From a virus (lineage: Duplodnaviria > Heunggongvirae > Uroviricota > Caudoviricetes): a stretch of 36,931 nucleotides of DNA. The stretch is from positions 64,001 through 100,931 of IMG/VR virus record IMGVR_UViG_3300037071_003200; one strand, written 5' to 3'. Shown piece after piece: positions 24,370 to 32,617 of the stretch (position 1 is its first letter; each line of letters starts with the position of its first letter). The notes under the pieces are model-generated. The model saw nothing but the letters and a program-made list of their open reading frames with translations. It was not told the DNA's origin and ran no database searches. The translations under genes were made by a program, and so were the position numbers.

Positions 24370-24768
24370 TTAGAACACCTCCCTCTCGAAGTCCCTCTCC
24401 ACGTCCTGCGTGTAGGAGAGGGTGGTCTTGCCGCTGAACACGTCCCAGGTCAAGTAGCCGTACGTTGACGACACGCTTCCCCAGGAACCGAACTCCTCGT
24501 TGATCGGGCCTTCGAGCAGGTCGGCCAACTCCTCGTCCTCGTTCGCCGGCGCGTTCATCGGCACGAGCTTCTCCTCCTGGTACGTGTAGCCACCGCAGTA
24601 CCAGGTGTCGAGCTCCACCTCCTCGCCGCTTGAGAGCGTGAGCATGATCGACTCCACTCCACCCTCGTCGTGGCCGCCCTGGAACTCCAGCACGGCCTTG
24701 ATCGCGTCCTTCTTCTTGAGCAGCTCGAAGGTGCGCTCCTTGTTCATCTTGGGATCGAGTAGTCCCAT
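24370..24768 (-). CDS. DUF6878-like protein (paralog 2)
   Basis: FQGGHDEGGVE...EEFGSW...G.L.WD. Confidence 0.6.
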   Translation of the reverse strand: MGLLDPKMNKERTFELLKKKDAIKAVLEFQGGHDEGGVESIMLTLSSGEEVELDTWYCGGYTYQEEKLVPMNAPANEDEELADLLEGPINEEFGSWGSVSSTYGYLTWDVFSGKTTLSYTQDVERDFEREVF

Positions 24769-24809
24769 GTGATCACCTCCTTCTGGAGTGAGTGACACTC
24801 CGGGCCAGA

Positions 24810-24827
24810 CTTCTCAATATTGAGAAG
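24810..24827. repeat. Palindrome family A copy (perfect)
   Basis: Intergenic; dyad extends to 22 bp. Confidence 0.9.
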
Positions 24828-24853
24828 TCGACCCGCAGGGCTCAGTCACCCGG

Positions 24854-25240
24854 CTAGAACCTCCTCTCCCGTATCTGCTCGATCGTGATCTCGCCTGCGT
24901 CGGCATCCGTGTGGACACCGCAGAGAACGCAGATCGGTTCGGCTCCGAAGCCGTTCATCAGGTCGATGAAGTCGTAGTTGTCGTAGTCCGCCTCCTCGTC
25001 ATTGGCGAACGTCGGGTAGCACGACAGCGAGCGGAAGTAGCCGCCCTCGTCGTCGTACTCGTACTGGGTCTCGAACGTCATTCCGGTCAGGCCGGGGATT
25101 TCGTCCGAGAGCTTGAGCAGCGTCAGCCTCGCGTACTCAGCGGCGGCGTTGTTGGCGTTCTCGGCGGCGTACTGGAACGACTTGTACGCCGCGTTCATCC
25201 GCGCTTCTGCCACCTCGAGCTGGGCTTCTTTCTCGGACAC
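24854..25240 (-). CDS. Acidic hypothetical protein, 128 aa
   Basis: From VSEKEA; GGAGG SD; QYEYDDEGG motif. Confidence 0.65.
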   Translation of the reverse strand: MSEKEAQLEVAEARMNAAYKSFQYAAENANNAAAEYARLTLLKLSDEIPGLTGMTFETQYEYDDEGGYFRSLSCYPTFANDEEADYDNYDFIDLMNGFGAEPICVLCGVHTDADAGEITIEQIRERRF

Positions 25241-25353
25241 CGCACCACCTCCCATCGGGTATGGCGGAGCAGAACACGGCCCTTGGCGCGTGCCTCCTCC
25301 TTGCTGTTGAAGATGCCGAGGTCGAACCCCCGGCATCGGATGGTCCACTTCAT
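25195..25353 (-). CDS. Small basic hypothetical protein, 52 aa
   Basis: AAGGAG SD; overlaps the next gene by 46 bp. Confidence 0.4.
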   Translation of the reverse strand: MKWTIRCRGFDLGIFNSKEEARAKGRVLLRHTRWEVVRCPRKKPSSRWQKRG

Positions 25354-25365
25354 CGGGCTCCTTTC

Positions 25366-25566
25366 CTACGAGGGAGTCTCCTCCCCACTGAGGAAGCGCA
25401 CGGCCTGCTCGAGATCGGCCTGTGCGCCAGCCAGGTCGTCAGCCGAGCCGTGCCCGAACCGCTGCATGTCGTCCCACAGCGGAGCGATGACACGGATCGC
25501 CTGCTTGATGTTGACGATCGCCTCGATGACCGCCGCGGCTTCATCGGGATCCTCGTAGCGAGGCAT
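25366..25566 (-). CDS. Helical hypothetical protein, 66 aa
   Basis: TGATG coupling; GGAGG SD. Confidence 0.6.
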   Translation of the reverse strand: MPRYEDPDEAAAVIEAIVNIKQAIRVIAPLWDDMQRFGHGSADDLAGAQADLEQAVRFLSGEETPS

Positions 25567-25898
25567 CACACCGCCTCCTTCTTGACGGTGTGCATGAAGA
25601 CCCACCCACATCCTTCCCCGAGGAGCTCGATCTCCTCCTCGGTGTAGTCGTCACCCCAGCAGGCGAGCATCTGCCTGCCGCAGTTTGGGCACCTCTCGGT
25701 GTCGCAGCCGGAGTGGTGGGGCTTGCCTGCTCCCGCGTTGCAGTCGGGGCAGACCGGTCCTCCCCAGTCCGAGCCTTCGCCGACGAAGACGCGCTTCATC
25801 GGATTCGAGTCGTTCGCCCTGGAGACGTGCGTGAACGTGCATCCCACGCCAGGGTCCATCACTCGCTTGCAGTCACCGCAGGTTGCGTGACCAGCCAC
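25566..25898 (-). CDS. Cys-rich Zn-binding protein, 110 aa
   Basis: CGDC, CPDC...HH.GCD.ERCPNCG.Q...C. Confidence 0.7.
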   Translation of the reverse strand: MAGHATCGDCKRVMDPGVGCTFTHVSRANDSNPMKRVFVGEGSDWGGPVCPDCNAGAGKPHHSGCDTERCPNCGRQMLACWGDDYTEEEIELLGEGCGWVFMHTVKKEAV

Positions 25899-25900
25899 CT

Positions 25901-26320
25901 CTAGTACTCGTGACCGTCGGAGTCGTACCCCGACTGCATCTCGCCGTCACGCCAGACCTTGTTCTGCGTCGTGTCGACGAAGAGCGTGCCGTAGGCCGAG
26001 AACTCGCCAGCCCATGACCCGAACTCGGTCTGGAGCATGCGGTCGGCAGCCTCCCAGAGCGGGTGGTACTCGTGCACCTTCCCGTCCCTGATCCGCCACT
26101 TGTCGTCCCCCGGCTTGGGGTCACGGGTGAAGGTGGAGTCGGGAGCGGGCATCTCCTTGCCCTCGGCGTCGAGGAGGCGAATGTCGGTCACGCCGCCCTC
26201 GTCGTTGCCGCCCGAGTAGTTTGCCTCCAGCCGGGTGGCGCCAGCGGCGCGCACCTCGGTCAGCAGCTTGGACTTGGCCTCCATCTCAGAGGGATAGCCA
26301 AGTGCCTGCATGATGCTCAT
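25901..26320 (-). CDS. DUF6878-like protein (paralog 3)
   Basis: YSGGNDEGGV...EFGSWAGEF...G.L.VD. Confidence 0.62.
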   Translation of the reverse strand: MSIMQALGYPSEMEAKSKLLTEVRAAGATRLEANYSGGNDEGGVTDIRLLDAEGKEMPAPDSTFTRDPKPGDDKWRIRDGKVHEYHPLWEAADRMLQTEFGSWAGEFSAYGTLFVDTTQNKVWRDGEMQSGYDSDGHEY

Positions 26321-26341
26321 GCAAGTCTCCTTCCTGTTCGT

Positions 26342-26359
26342 CTTCTCAATATTGAGAAG
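26342..26359. repeat. Palindrome family A copy (perfect)
   Basis: Dyad extends to 24 bp; upstream of an SD. Confidence 0.9.
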
Positions 26360-26421
26360 ACGGGAGAGCTCTAGCCCTCCGGGAACCCGCTGGAGTTACC
26401 GCCAGCGGGAACCGCAGAGCG

Positions 26422-27282
26422 TTAGCTCTTGCTCGCAGCGGCGAGCTTCTTCTTGCCGTTGGCCACCTCCTTCAGCTCGGCGCTCTTCTGGGTCGCCTTC
26501 GCCGCGGCCACGCTCGCCTTGAGCGCGTCCATCAGATCGGCGGTTGGCTTGGCAGCCACCTCGGCGACCTTCTCGATCGGACGACCCTCGGCCGCTGCCT
26601 CGACAGCAGCTCGGAGCCTTGCGTCGTACTCGTCGGTGACCGACGACCAGTCGAAGTCGCCCGACAAGTTGCCGAACACCTCCGTCGCCATGTCGACGAG
26701 TGCCTGGTCGGGCGCCGGCCGCTCGCCGTGTCCCATCGTGATCAGCTTGTGATCGTCCCAGCGCAGGTTCGTGTCGTAGGTGCAGACGTGGGCCATGAGG
26801 CAGCCCTGCCCGTACCGCAGCACGATGACCTTCGTGGAGTCACGAAGCACAGCCTGGCCCACGAGGTAGCGGCCGCTGTCGGCGAGGACGGCGCAGATCA
26901 GGTCGTATCCGTCCTCGTTCCCCTTCTCCGGCCAGACGAGGTGCGTCTTCTCGAAGTAGAGAGGATCGACCTGGTCGGGTTCGATGAAGGACTTGAGCTC
27001 GAGTCGGCCGTCGCGCTCCGACTTGAGAGCCGCCTTGTCCTCACCGTCGAGAACGACGAAGCCGTCCTCGTACGGATAGCCGGTGACCTTCTCGACAACC
27101 TCGCCCGTGGCCTCGTCGATGTAGACCTGCTTGGCCGGGGTGAGATTTGCCGGGTTGAGGAACCGGCCACTCAGACGGCCACCCTGCGGGTCGACCATCG
27201 GAGCGTATTTGACGCCGACGTTCACGAGCCCGAAGCTGATGGTCAGCTTGTTCCCGCGCGAAGGCGTTGGGTAGGACGCCAT
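26422..27282 (-). CDS. ku: Ku protein (prokaryotic NHEJ DNA end-binding)
   Basis: ISFGLVNV.VK, GY.Y.DG.VV, F...QVDP.YFEK, A.E.V.DEY..RL...V.A, DLMDALKASV. Confidence 0.92.
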   Translation of the reverse strand: MASYPTPSRGNKLTISFGLVNVGVKYAPMVDPQGGRLSGRFLNPANLTPAKQVYIDEATGEVVEKVTGYPYEDGFVVLDGEDKAALKSERDGRLELKSFIEPDQVDPLYFEKTHLVWPEKGNEDGYDLICAVLADSGRYLVGQAVLRDSTKVIVLRYGQGCLMAHVCTYDTNLRWDDHKLITMGHGERPAPDQALVDMATEVFGNLSGDFDWSSVTDEYDARLRAAVEAAAEGRPIEKVAEVAAKPTADLMDALKASVAAAKATQKSAELKEVANGKKKLAAASKS

Positions 27283-27300
27283 AGGTGGCGCTCCCTTCCG

Positions 27301-27318
27301 CTTCTCAATATTGAGAAG
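27301..27318. repeat. Palindrome family A copy (perfect)
   Basis: 18 bp upstream of the Ku ATG. Confidence 0.9.
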
Positions 27319-27322
27319 CTGT

Positions 27323-28006
27323 CTAGGCGACTGCCTCCTCTTCCTCCACGCGCCCGAGGGCGAGGAAGTCGTCGTCGGTGGGTAGTGCGTTGAACGGATA
27401 GCTGGCGATTCGCTCGATCGCCTTGTACTCCGAGACCTCGGGTCGGTATGGCTCACGGCCCTGCTTCTTCGCGTACTCCAGGTGAGCCTTGAAGTTGACC
27501 TTGTCCTCGGCGGCCGTCGGACGGCCCTTCCACAGCCCCTGCTTCGGCCGCTTCTTCTGGAAGCCTGCGTAGACGTCGAACACCTTGTGATCGAAGTCCA
27601 CGATGTAGCCCCACTCGCAGAAGAGCGAGTCGAGCCCGAAGCTGAAGTTGTCGTAGATGTACCCGCACCGCAGCATCGCCTCGATGCTCCCGTGCGTGTC
27701 CTTCGTGAGGCAGTACCAGTCCTGCACGGACTGTTCGCTCACGGTCAGATCAGTCCACCCACGCAGAGCGTGAATGTCCTGGTCGGTGGGCTTGTCGTCG
27801 TCGGTGACGAGTCGACAGGCTGCGGCGAGCTGGCGAAACTTGGGCAAGCCAGTCCAGCGCTCGTCCACTCCCTCTCCCCACGGAACGATCCCGCGGAGCC
27901 AGGTCAGGTTCTCCAACCCCTTGCCGCTCGGGTACGAGTCGTACTGGTTGTACCCGACCTTCGCCTTCTCGCCGACGATGACGCCGAACGCTCCTCGCGT
28001 TCCCAT
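27323..28006 (-). CDS. Conserved phage hypothetical protein, 227 aa
   Basis: MGTRG...YNQYDSYPSG.G...DSLFCEWGYI.D.D pattern. Confidence 0.75.
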   Translation of the reverse strand: MGTRGAFGVIVGEKAKVGYNQYDSYPSGKGLENLTWLRGIVPWGEGVDERWTGLPKFRQLAAACRLVTDDDKPTDQDIHALRGWTDLTVSEQSVQDWYCLTKDTHGSIEAMLRCGYIYDNFSFGLDSLFCEWGYIVDFDHKVFDVYAGFQKKRPKQGLWKGRPTAAEDKVNFKAHLEYAKKQGREPYRPEVSEYKAIERIASYPFNALPTDDDFLALGRVEEEEAVA

Positions 28007-28044
28007 AACGCCTCCTTCGGTTGTGCTTCGTACTGGGCACGTCA

Positions 28045-28074
28045 AGTATCCACCCTGGTGTCAGGGTGCGTCAA
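28045..28074 (-). promoter_or_regulatory. Sigma70-type promoter with an inverted repeat as spacer
   Basis: TTGACG-N18-GATACT then TGCCCAGTA; the spacer is CACCCTG-N4-CAGGGTG. Confidence 0.5.
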
Positions 28075-28139
28075 GTCACCTCCTTTCCTCCAGCAAGCTG
28101 GCGGAGGGGCCGGGTATAAGGGCCCGGCCCTACCGGCAG

Positions 28140-28997
28140 CTAGCTGGTGAGAGCTAGCTGCTGCTCGGAGTCACCACGAGCAACTTGACCGAGGATGAGG
28201 TCGCTGGCCTTCTGGGCCATGCCTGCGGCGCTCACGACGAACTTCTTGTCGTTGCGTAGGGGCTCGAGCCAGTTGGCGATGTAGGCCGCCGACTGGTCGA
28301 GATTTTCAATGCCCACCATGCCGCAAAGCATGGCCGCACCCATCTCGGCCACAAGCTCTTCCTTCGCATACGGGCCCGTGCCGAAGCCGGTGCCCTCCAG
28401 GCGGTCGAGCCTTGACTCGTGCCCGGTCGAATGGACGAGCTCGTGGTACAGCGTGGAGTAGTACGCCTCGGCCGACTCGAACTGATCGAGCATCGGGACG
28501 CGCACCATGTCGGTCGTCGGAGAGTAGAACGCTCTGTCCCCTCCGAAGGTGACCGACGGGCCGATGTACCCGAGGGTGAGCTGCTCTGCCCTCTCGATCG
28601 GCGTGTTGTCGTACACGAGGTCTTCTGCCGGGGGCAGGCCGTCGGCCTGCTCGGCGTTGAAGACGTTGTAGTACTTGAAGAGGAAGTAGGAGCCGCGCTC
28701 CTCGTCCTCTGACGCACCGTCGGACCGGCGCTTGTTGACACGCCCGAGGAACACGATCTTGGTGTGCTCCTCCTTGCGCCGCACCTGCCCGCCTGCTCTC
28801 TTGATCGCGTTGTACGTCCCCCAGCGAGGATCGCCGTAAGGAGCAAGCGTCAGAAGGAACACGTTGATCCCCGAGTAGTGACGGCCGTTCTCGACATTGC
28901 GAGGGCCGCTGCCTACCCACGGCTTGCGCCAGGGAGCAGTTCCTTCCTCAAGAGAGGCGATGATCCGATCCGTCACCGACTGGTAGACGTCGATCAT
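28140..28997 (-). CDS. ardC: ArdC-like antirestriction / ssDNA-binding protein with zincin domain
   Basis: Y..VTD.II..LE.G..PW.KPW, YSGIN, FNAEQ.DG, HEL.HSTGH..RL.R, YA.EELVAE.GAA. Confidence 0.92.
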   Translation of the reverse strand: MIDVYQSVTDRIIASLEEGTAPWRKPWVGSGPRNVENGRHYSGINVFLLTLAPYGDPRWGTYNAIKRAGGQVRRKEEHTKIVFLGRVNKRRSDGASEDEERGSYFLFKYYNVFNAEQADGLPPAEDLVYDNTPIERAEQLTLGYIGPSVTFGGDRAFYSPTTDMVRVPMLDQFESAEAYYSTLYHELVHSTGHESRLDRLEGTGFGTGPYAKEELVAEMGAAMLCGMVGIENLDQSAAYIANWLEPLRNDKKFVVSAAGMAQKASDLILGQVARGDSEQQLALTS

Positions 28998-29016
28998 CGG
29001 GCCTCCTTTCTGGACG

Positions 29017-29034
29017 CTTCTCAATATTGAGAAG
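29017..29034. repeat. Palindrome family A copy (perfect)
   Basis: Upstream of the ArdC SD. Confidence 0.9.
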
Positions 29035-29096
29035 CGGAGACCACACAATCGTGGCTCCCGTCCCCGGCCGCAACGAACACGACCGGGATCGGCAGC

Positions 29097-29423
29097 TCAC
29101 TCTTGCTGCGATTTGGCGAGGCGGTACTCCACCGGGTCATTGAGGGTGGCGTCGTTGAGGTAGACGTAGACCTGCGGGTCACCCTCGTCGTTGTTCACGC
29201 CGTGCTCGGCGTCCTCCGTGTTGATGTTGACGAAGTAGTCGCCGTCGTCATCGGTGCCAACCATGACGTGCATCCCGTCGAAGTGAATGGACTCGTACTG
29301 CAGGGACGCGCGTCTTCGTGCATGGTGGCCCCCGAAGTCGGGAGACCACGGGCCGCCGCAGTTACGACAGCGACCCTCGATGTGCCCACGGTTGCTTCCG
29401 CAGGAACCACACGCGCCGCTCAT
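29097..29423 (-). CDS. Hypothetical protein with N-terminal Zn ribbon
   Basis: CGSC...CRNC; AAGGAG SD. Confidence 0.65.
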   Translation of the reverse strand: MSGACGSCGSNRGHIEGRCRNCGGPWSPDFGGHHARRRASLQYESIHFDGMHVMVGTDDDGDYFVNINTEDAEHGVNNDEGDPQVYVYLNDATLNDPVEYRLAKSQQE

Positions 29424-29437
29424 CGGCGCTCCTTTCT

Positions 29438-29698
29438 TCAGTCGGCGCTGATACGCCGATAGGTGTTGGCGAGGTCGACGAGAGGACGGATCAGGACGGC
29501 TCCACCCTCGAGCCGCTGAATCTCCTTCGCCTTCTCACCCACTTCGTCGCCTGTGAACGGCCCGTACACCAGGCAGCCGAAGATCGGGCTGCCGTTGACG
29601 TGAACGGACAGGCCTCCCAGGCAGACGACGACGTGATCGGGGACGATGCCGGCGACGATCGCCTCCTCGTCCTCGAGTTCGACCGTGATCGTCTTCAC
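29438..29698 (-). CDS. Hypothetical protein, 86 aa
   Basis: GTG start with AAGGAG SD. Confidence 0.6.
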   Translation of the reverse strand: MKTITVELEDEEAIVAGIVPDHVVVCLGGLSVHVNGSPIFGCLVYGPFTGDEVGEKAKEIQRLEGGAVLIRPLVDLANTYRRISAD

Positions 29699-29713
29699 GG
29701 ATGACTCCTTTCT

Positions 29714-29731
29714 CTTCTCAATATTGAGAAG
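29714..29731. repeat. Palindrome family A copy (perfect)
   Basis: Between a stop (29733) and an SD. Confidence 0.9.
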
Positions 29732-29732
29732 A

Positions 29733-30242
29733 TCACCAGGACGACTGGTACTCGAAGTCCCAGTATTCGCCGGGTCGTGCATCGAGAGCGAGGCAGCGAT
29801 CGACAACCTCGATCGTGTGTTCCAGGCTCTCCCAGTACCAGTCGTTGACCTCGGCCTGGCCGAAGAAGAATCCGGACTCTGGCGGCAGAACGTCTACCGC
29901 CGTGCGGATCGCTGCCTTGACGTTGACGCCCACCTTCTGGCGGACGCCGAGGGCGTGTTCGCACAGCCCCTTGAGCACGATGAGCTGGTCGATTCCGACG
30001 CTCGTCTTCTGGCACTCGTCGACGCCGCCCTGGCACTCGCGCACGAACCAGCGGTGGATTGCGTTCGCCTTGCGCCAGTAGCCCACGGTGAAGTCCACGT
30101 CGGCCGAGGGCGAACCCTTGTCGACGAAGTCCTCCATGCCGAAGAGCTCGACCATGCGCTCGTACTCGTTGCGCGCCTCGTCGGGGCTGTGCCTCCAGCC
30201 CCCGACGTACTTGGACGCACGCAAGTACATGTCGAGTCCCAT
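29733..30242 (-). CDS. Conserved phage hypothetical protein (MGLDMYL family)
   Basis: MGLDMYL...YWRKANAIH.WFV...Q.G.D.C...LP...GFFFG. Confidence 0.8.
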   Translation of the reverse strand: MGLDMYLRASKYVGGWRHSPDEARNEYERMVELFGMEDFVDKGSPSADVDFTVGYWRKANAIHRWFVRECQGGVDECQKTSVGIDQLIVLKGLCEHALGVRQKVGVNVKAAIRTAVDVLPPESGFFFGQAEVNDWYWESLEHTIEVVDRCLALDARPGEYWDFEYQSSW

Positions 30243-30273
30243 AGGTCCCTCCTTTCAGAGGTATGTAGGCCAG

Positions 30274-30291
30274 CTTCTCAGGACTGAGAAG
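30274..30291. repeat. Palindrome family A copy (CTTCTCAGGACTGAGAAG)
   Basis: Intergenic. Confidence 0.9.
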
Positions 30292-30343
30292 TTGGGGAGT
30301 CGAAGCTCCGGGCAGGGCCAGTCGGCCCTGCCTGCAACCGCGC

Positions 30344-30910
30344 CTACCGTCCGTACGTCAGGCGGTCAATGAGGTCGGAGTGCAGCTCGTAGGCTGCAGC
30401 GACCACGTCCTGCGGCGAGCACTTGAGGTCTCTCGCCGCCGAGCCGATCGCGTAGGCCACCTCTCGTGCCTCGGCCTCACGACACTTGTGCCCGTACTTC
30501 GGGCCGAACTTGAGCAGCTTGCCCAAGTCATCGAGCCCGTGGAATGTCGAGGCTCCCTCGGCCCCACATTTGGGGCAGGTGATGATGACGTGCAGGGACT
30601 CTGACTGGTAGCTCGTCCCGAACAGGAAGGGCACCTCGTCGATGACCACCTTCCAGCCGTCGGTCTTGCGGTTGACTCCGGTGAAGACACGCACGTCCCG
30701 GACGAACTCGAAGTCCACGCCTTCCGGCCCTACGACCTCGTAGCCCTCCCTGGCGAGTCGACCGAAGCCGCGGTAGTCGTCGTGGTACTTGTCGACGACG
30801 ACTCCCAGGGACTTGTCCATGTCCTTCTGCGCCTGCTTGCGGCGCTCTTCCAGCTTCTCCTGGCGGGACGCCTCAGCGACCTCGCGCAGGCTGTTCTGGC
30901 CCGTTGTCAT
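30344..30910 (-). CDS. Hypothetical protein, 188 aa
   Basis: AAAGGAGG SD; CPKC. Confidence 0.7.
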   Translation of the reverse strand: MTTGQNSLREVAEASRQEKLEERRKQAQKDMDKSLGVVVDKYHDDYRGFGRLAREGYEVVGPEGVDFEFVRDVRVFTGVNRKTDGWKVVIDEVPFLFGTSYQSESLHVIITCPKCGAEGASTFHGLDDLGKLLKFGPKYGHKCREAEAREVAYAIGSAARDLKCSPQDVVAAAYELHSDLIDRLTYGR

Positions 30911-30930
30911 CGGGCCTCCTTTCTTTCGTG

Positions 30931-30940
30931 GATTTTGACC
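30931..30940 (+). repeat. Motif family B copy (GATTTTGACC)
   Basis: Intergenic, just upstream of an SD. Confidence 0.7.
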
Positions 30941-30947
30941 GACCGAG

Positions 30948-31256
30948 CTACCGGACGCAGCTGGGGCAAGTGCAGAGCTGCTCGCCCGTGAGAACGTCGT
31001 CCGCCCGGAAGCGAACCTTGATCTTCGGTCGACTGACGGGCTTGCCCGTGGCGGGATTCCACCAAGACACGCCGCCGCTCATCGTGAGCCGGTTGTAGGT
31101 GAACCCGGCCAACGTGATTGCACCACCGATCGACTCGACGTCGATCAGATCGTCTTGCAGGACCGTTCGCCCTGCGGTAACGGTGAAGCGTGCCTCGGCG
31201 TCGTGCCGAACACGCATCCCGTCCTCGAAGGGGACGGTGTAGGTGCGAAGGGCCAT
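30948..31256 (-). CDS. Hypothetical protein, 102 aa
   Basis: From MALRTY; GGAGG SD. Confidence 0.65.
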   Translation of the reverse strand: MALRTYTVPFEDGMRVRHDAEARFTVTAGRTVLQDDLIDVESIGGAITLAGFTYNRLTMSGGVSWWNPATGKPVSRPKIKVRFRADDVLTGEQLCTCPSCVR

Positions 31257-31272
31257 GTGCCCTCCTCTCCGG

Positions 31273-31290
31273 CTTCTCAATATTGAGAAG
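31273..31290. repeat. Palindrome family A copy (perfect)
   Basis: Abuts the stop at 31291. Confidence 0.9.
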
Positions 31291-31485
31291 CTACTTGACG
31301 TGCTTCCAGCCGAAGTCGACCAGCTTCGGCAGCGGAATCGAGTCGAACTTGTCCTGGCTCGCTGGCTTCAAGGCGTCGTAGATCGCCACCAGCATGGACG
31401 CGGTCGTGTAGTCCATGAGGTAGCCCTCGATCTTCATCGCCTGACCGTGCGCCAGGATTTCCTGGAGCTTGCCGATGCGCTTCAC
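31291..31485 (-). CDS. Hypothetical protein, 64 aa
   Basis: GTGA-coupled; GYLMDYTTASML..IYDAL pattern. Confidence 0.65.
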   Translation of the reverse strand: MKRIGKLQEILAHGQAMKIEGYLMDYTTASMLVAIYDALKPASQDKFDSIPLPKLVDFGWKHVK

Positions 31486-31700
31486 GGCAACCTCTCCGGC
31501 AGCGGTCCGAACTCGTCGCACTCAACTGCCTGTACGCCAAGCTCGCCGGCTCGCTCCTCGGCCCGACGTTCGGCGGATTCGCGAGTGCCTCGGAACTCCT
31601 CGGGGCTCGTGGGCCCGTGCCAACCCCAGCCTGCGATCCAGTAGCGCCAGGGTTGCGCCTCGTCCACGCCCCATGCCATGAACAGCGTCCCCGCGATCAC
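31482..31700 (-). CDS. Hypothetical protein, 72 aa
   Basis: GTGA-coupled. Confidence 0.5.
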   Translation of the reverse strand: MIAGTLFMAWGVDEAQPWRYWIAGWGWHGPTSPEEFRGTRESAERRAEERAGELGVQAVECDEFGPLPERLP

Positions 31701-31954
31701 GGCAGGCCTGCCATGACCCAGGTGTACTCGGCGAGGTTCTCGGCGTGGAGCCAGAGAGCCGCCGCCACGGTCTGCTCGATTTGAGCGGGCGTGTACCCGC
31801 CAGCCTTGGCCGCCTTCTCCCGCACCATCGCTTCGACTTCGTCCGCCGGCGTGGCAACGTGCGTCCAGCCGAGGACGTGCCTCAACGCGAAGGTTGGGAT
31901 CTCGTCGGCCACCTCGAGCGGCTCACGGTCGTACTGCGACGTGAGCGTCTGCAT
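31697..31954 (-). CDS. Hypothetical protein, 85 aa
   Basis: AAAGGAG SD. Confidence 0.65.
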   Translation of the reverse strand: MQTLTSQYDREPLEVADEIPTFALRHVLGWTHVATPADEVEAMVREKAAKAGGYTPAQIEQTVAAALWLHAENLAEYTWVMAGLP

Positions 31955-31978
31955 GGGTGACTCCTTTCCGGAGGTCCT

Positions 31979-31988
31979 GAGTTTGACC
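31979..31988 (+). repeat. Motif family B copy (GAGTTTGACC)
   Basis: Intergenic. Confidence 0.6.
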
Positions 31989-32035
31989 AGGCCTCCGGCC
32001 CAAACCGGGATCGCACCCCGGAAGGGGCCGCAGGG

Positions 32036-32266
32036 CTAGCTGCCGTACCCGCCGAAGCCGATGCCCTCGGCAGCGTCAGCGCAGCGGTTGCACTGATAGC
32101 CGAGAGCACGATCCTTCGGCGTGAGCACGTTCTTCGCGCCGCACGTCGGACAGTCGAGGTTGCGGGGATTTGACGGGCTCGCCGCCCGGAGGGCTGAGTT
32201 GCCCCCCGGCTCGGCAAACTCGTTGACCCGCTCCATCCACTCGTCGTAGTCGTAGTAGTCGTCCAT
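32036..32266 (-). CDS. Small Zn-ribbon protein, 76 aa
   Basis: CPTC...LT..D..LGYQC.RCAD. Confidence 0.7.
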   Translation of the reverse strand: MDDYYDYDEWMERVNEFAEPGGNSALRAASPSNPRNLDCPTCGAKNVLTPKDRALGYQCNRCADAAEGIGFGGYGS

Positions 32267-32269
32267 GAA

Positions 32270-32617
32270 CTACACCCTGCCGACGACGACTGTGATGACC
32301 GAATCGGGCACCTTCTCCTTCGCGATCATCGCTGCACCGATCGCGTCGATCGCCTCCTCCTCGGCGTCGAACGGCCGGGTGATGCTGACGCCGTCCCGGC
32401 AGACCATGAGCCCGAACTTAGGCTCAGGCTTCTCAATATTGAGAAGCCGCATGGCGTCGTCGATCTGGTCGATCGCGTACTCCTTGAGGCCGTGGGGATT
32501 GTTGACGAGATCACCATCGGACTCGTCCTCGGGTAACCCGGACGGATCGTCCAGGGCGGTACGCGCACGACTGAGCGCATCCAGCGCCTTGTCGATGCGT
32601 CCCTCGTCCGCGGTCAC
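32270..32617 (-). CDS. Hypothetical protein, 115 aa, reading through a palindrome A copy
   Basis: GTGA-coupled start; ...AMRLLNIEKPEPK... Confidence 0.6.
   Translation of the reverse strand: MTADEGRIDKALDALSRARTALDDPSGLPEDESDGDLVNNPHGLKEYAIDQIDDAMRLLNIEKPEPKFGLMVCRDGVSITRPFDAEEEAIDAIGAAMIAKEKVPDSVITVVVGRV
32429..32446. repeat. Palindrome family A copy (perfect), intragenic
   Basis: Encodes LLNIEK in frame. Confidence 0.9.
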
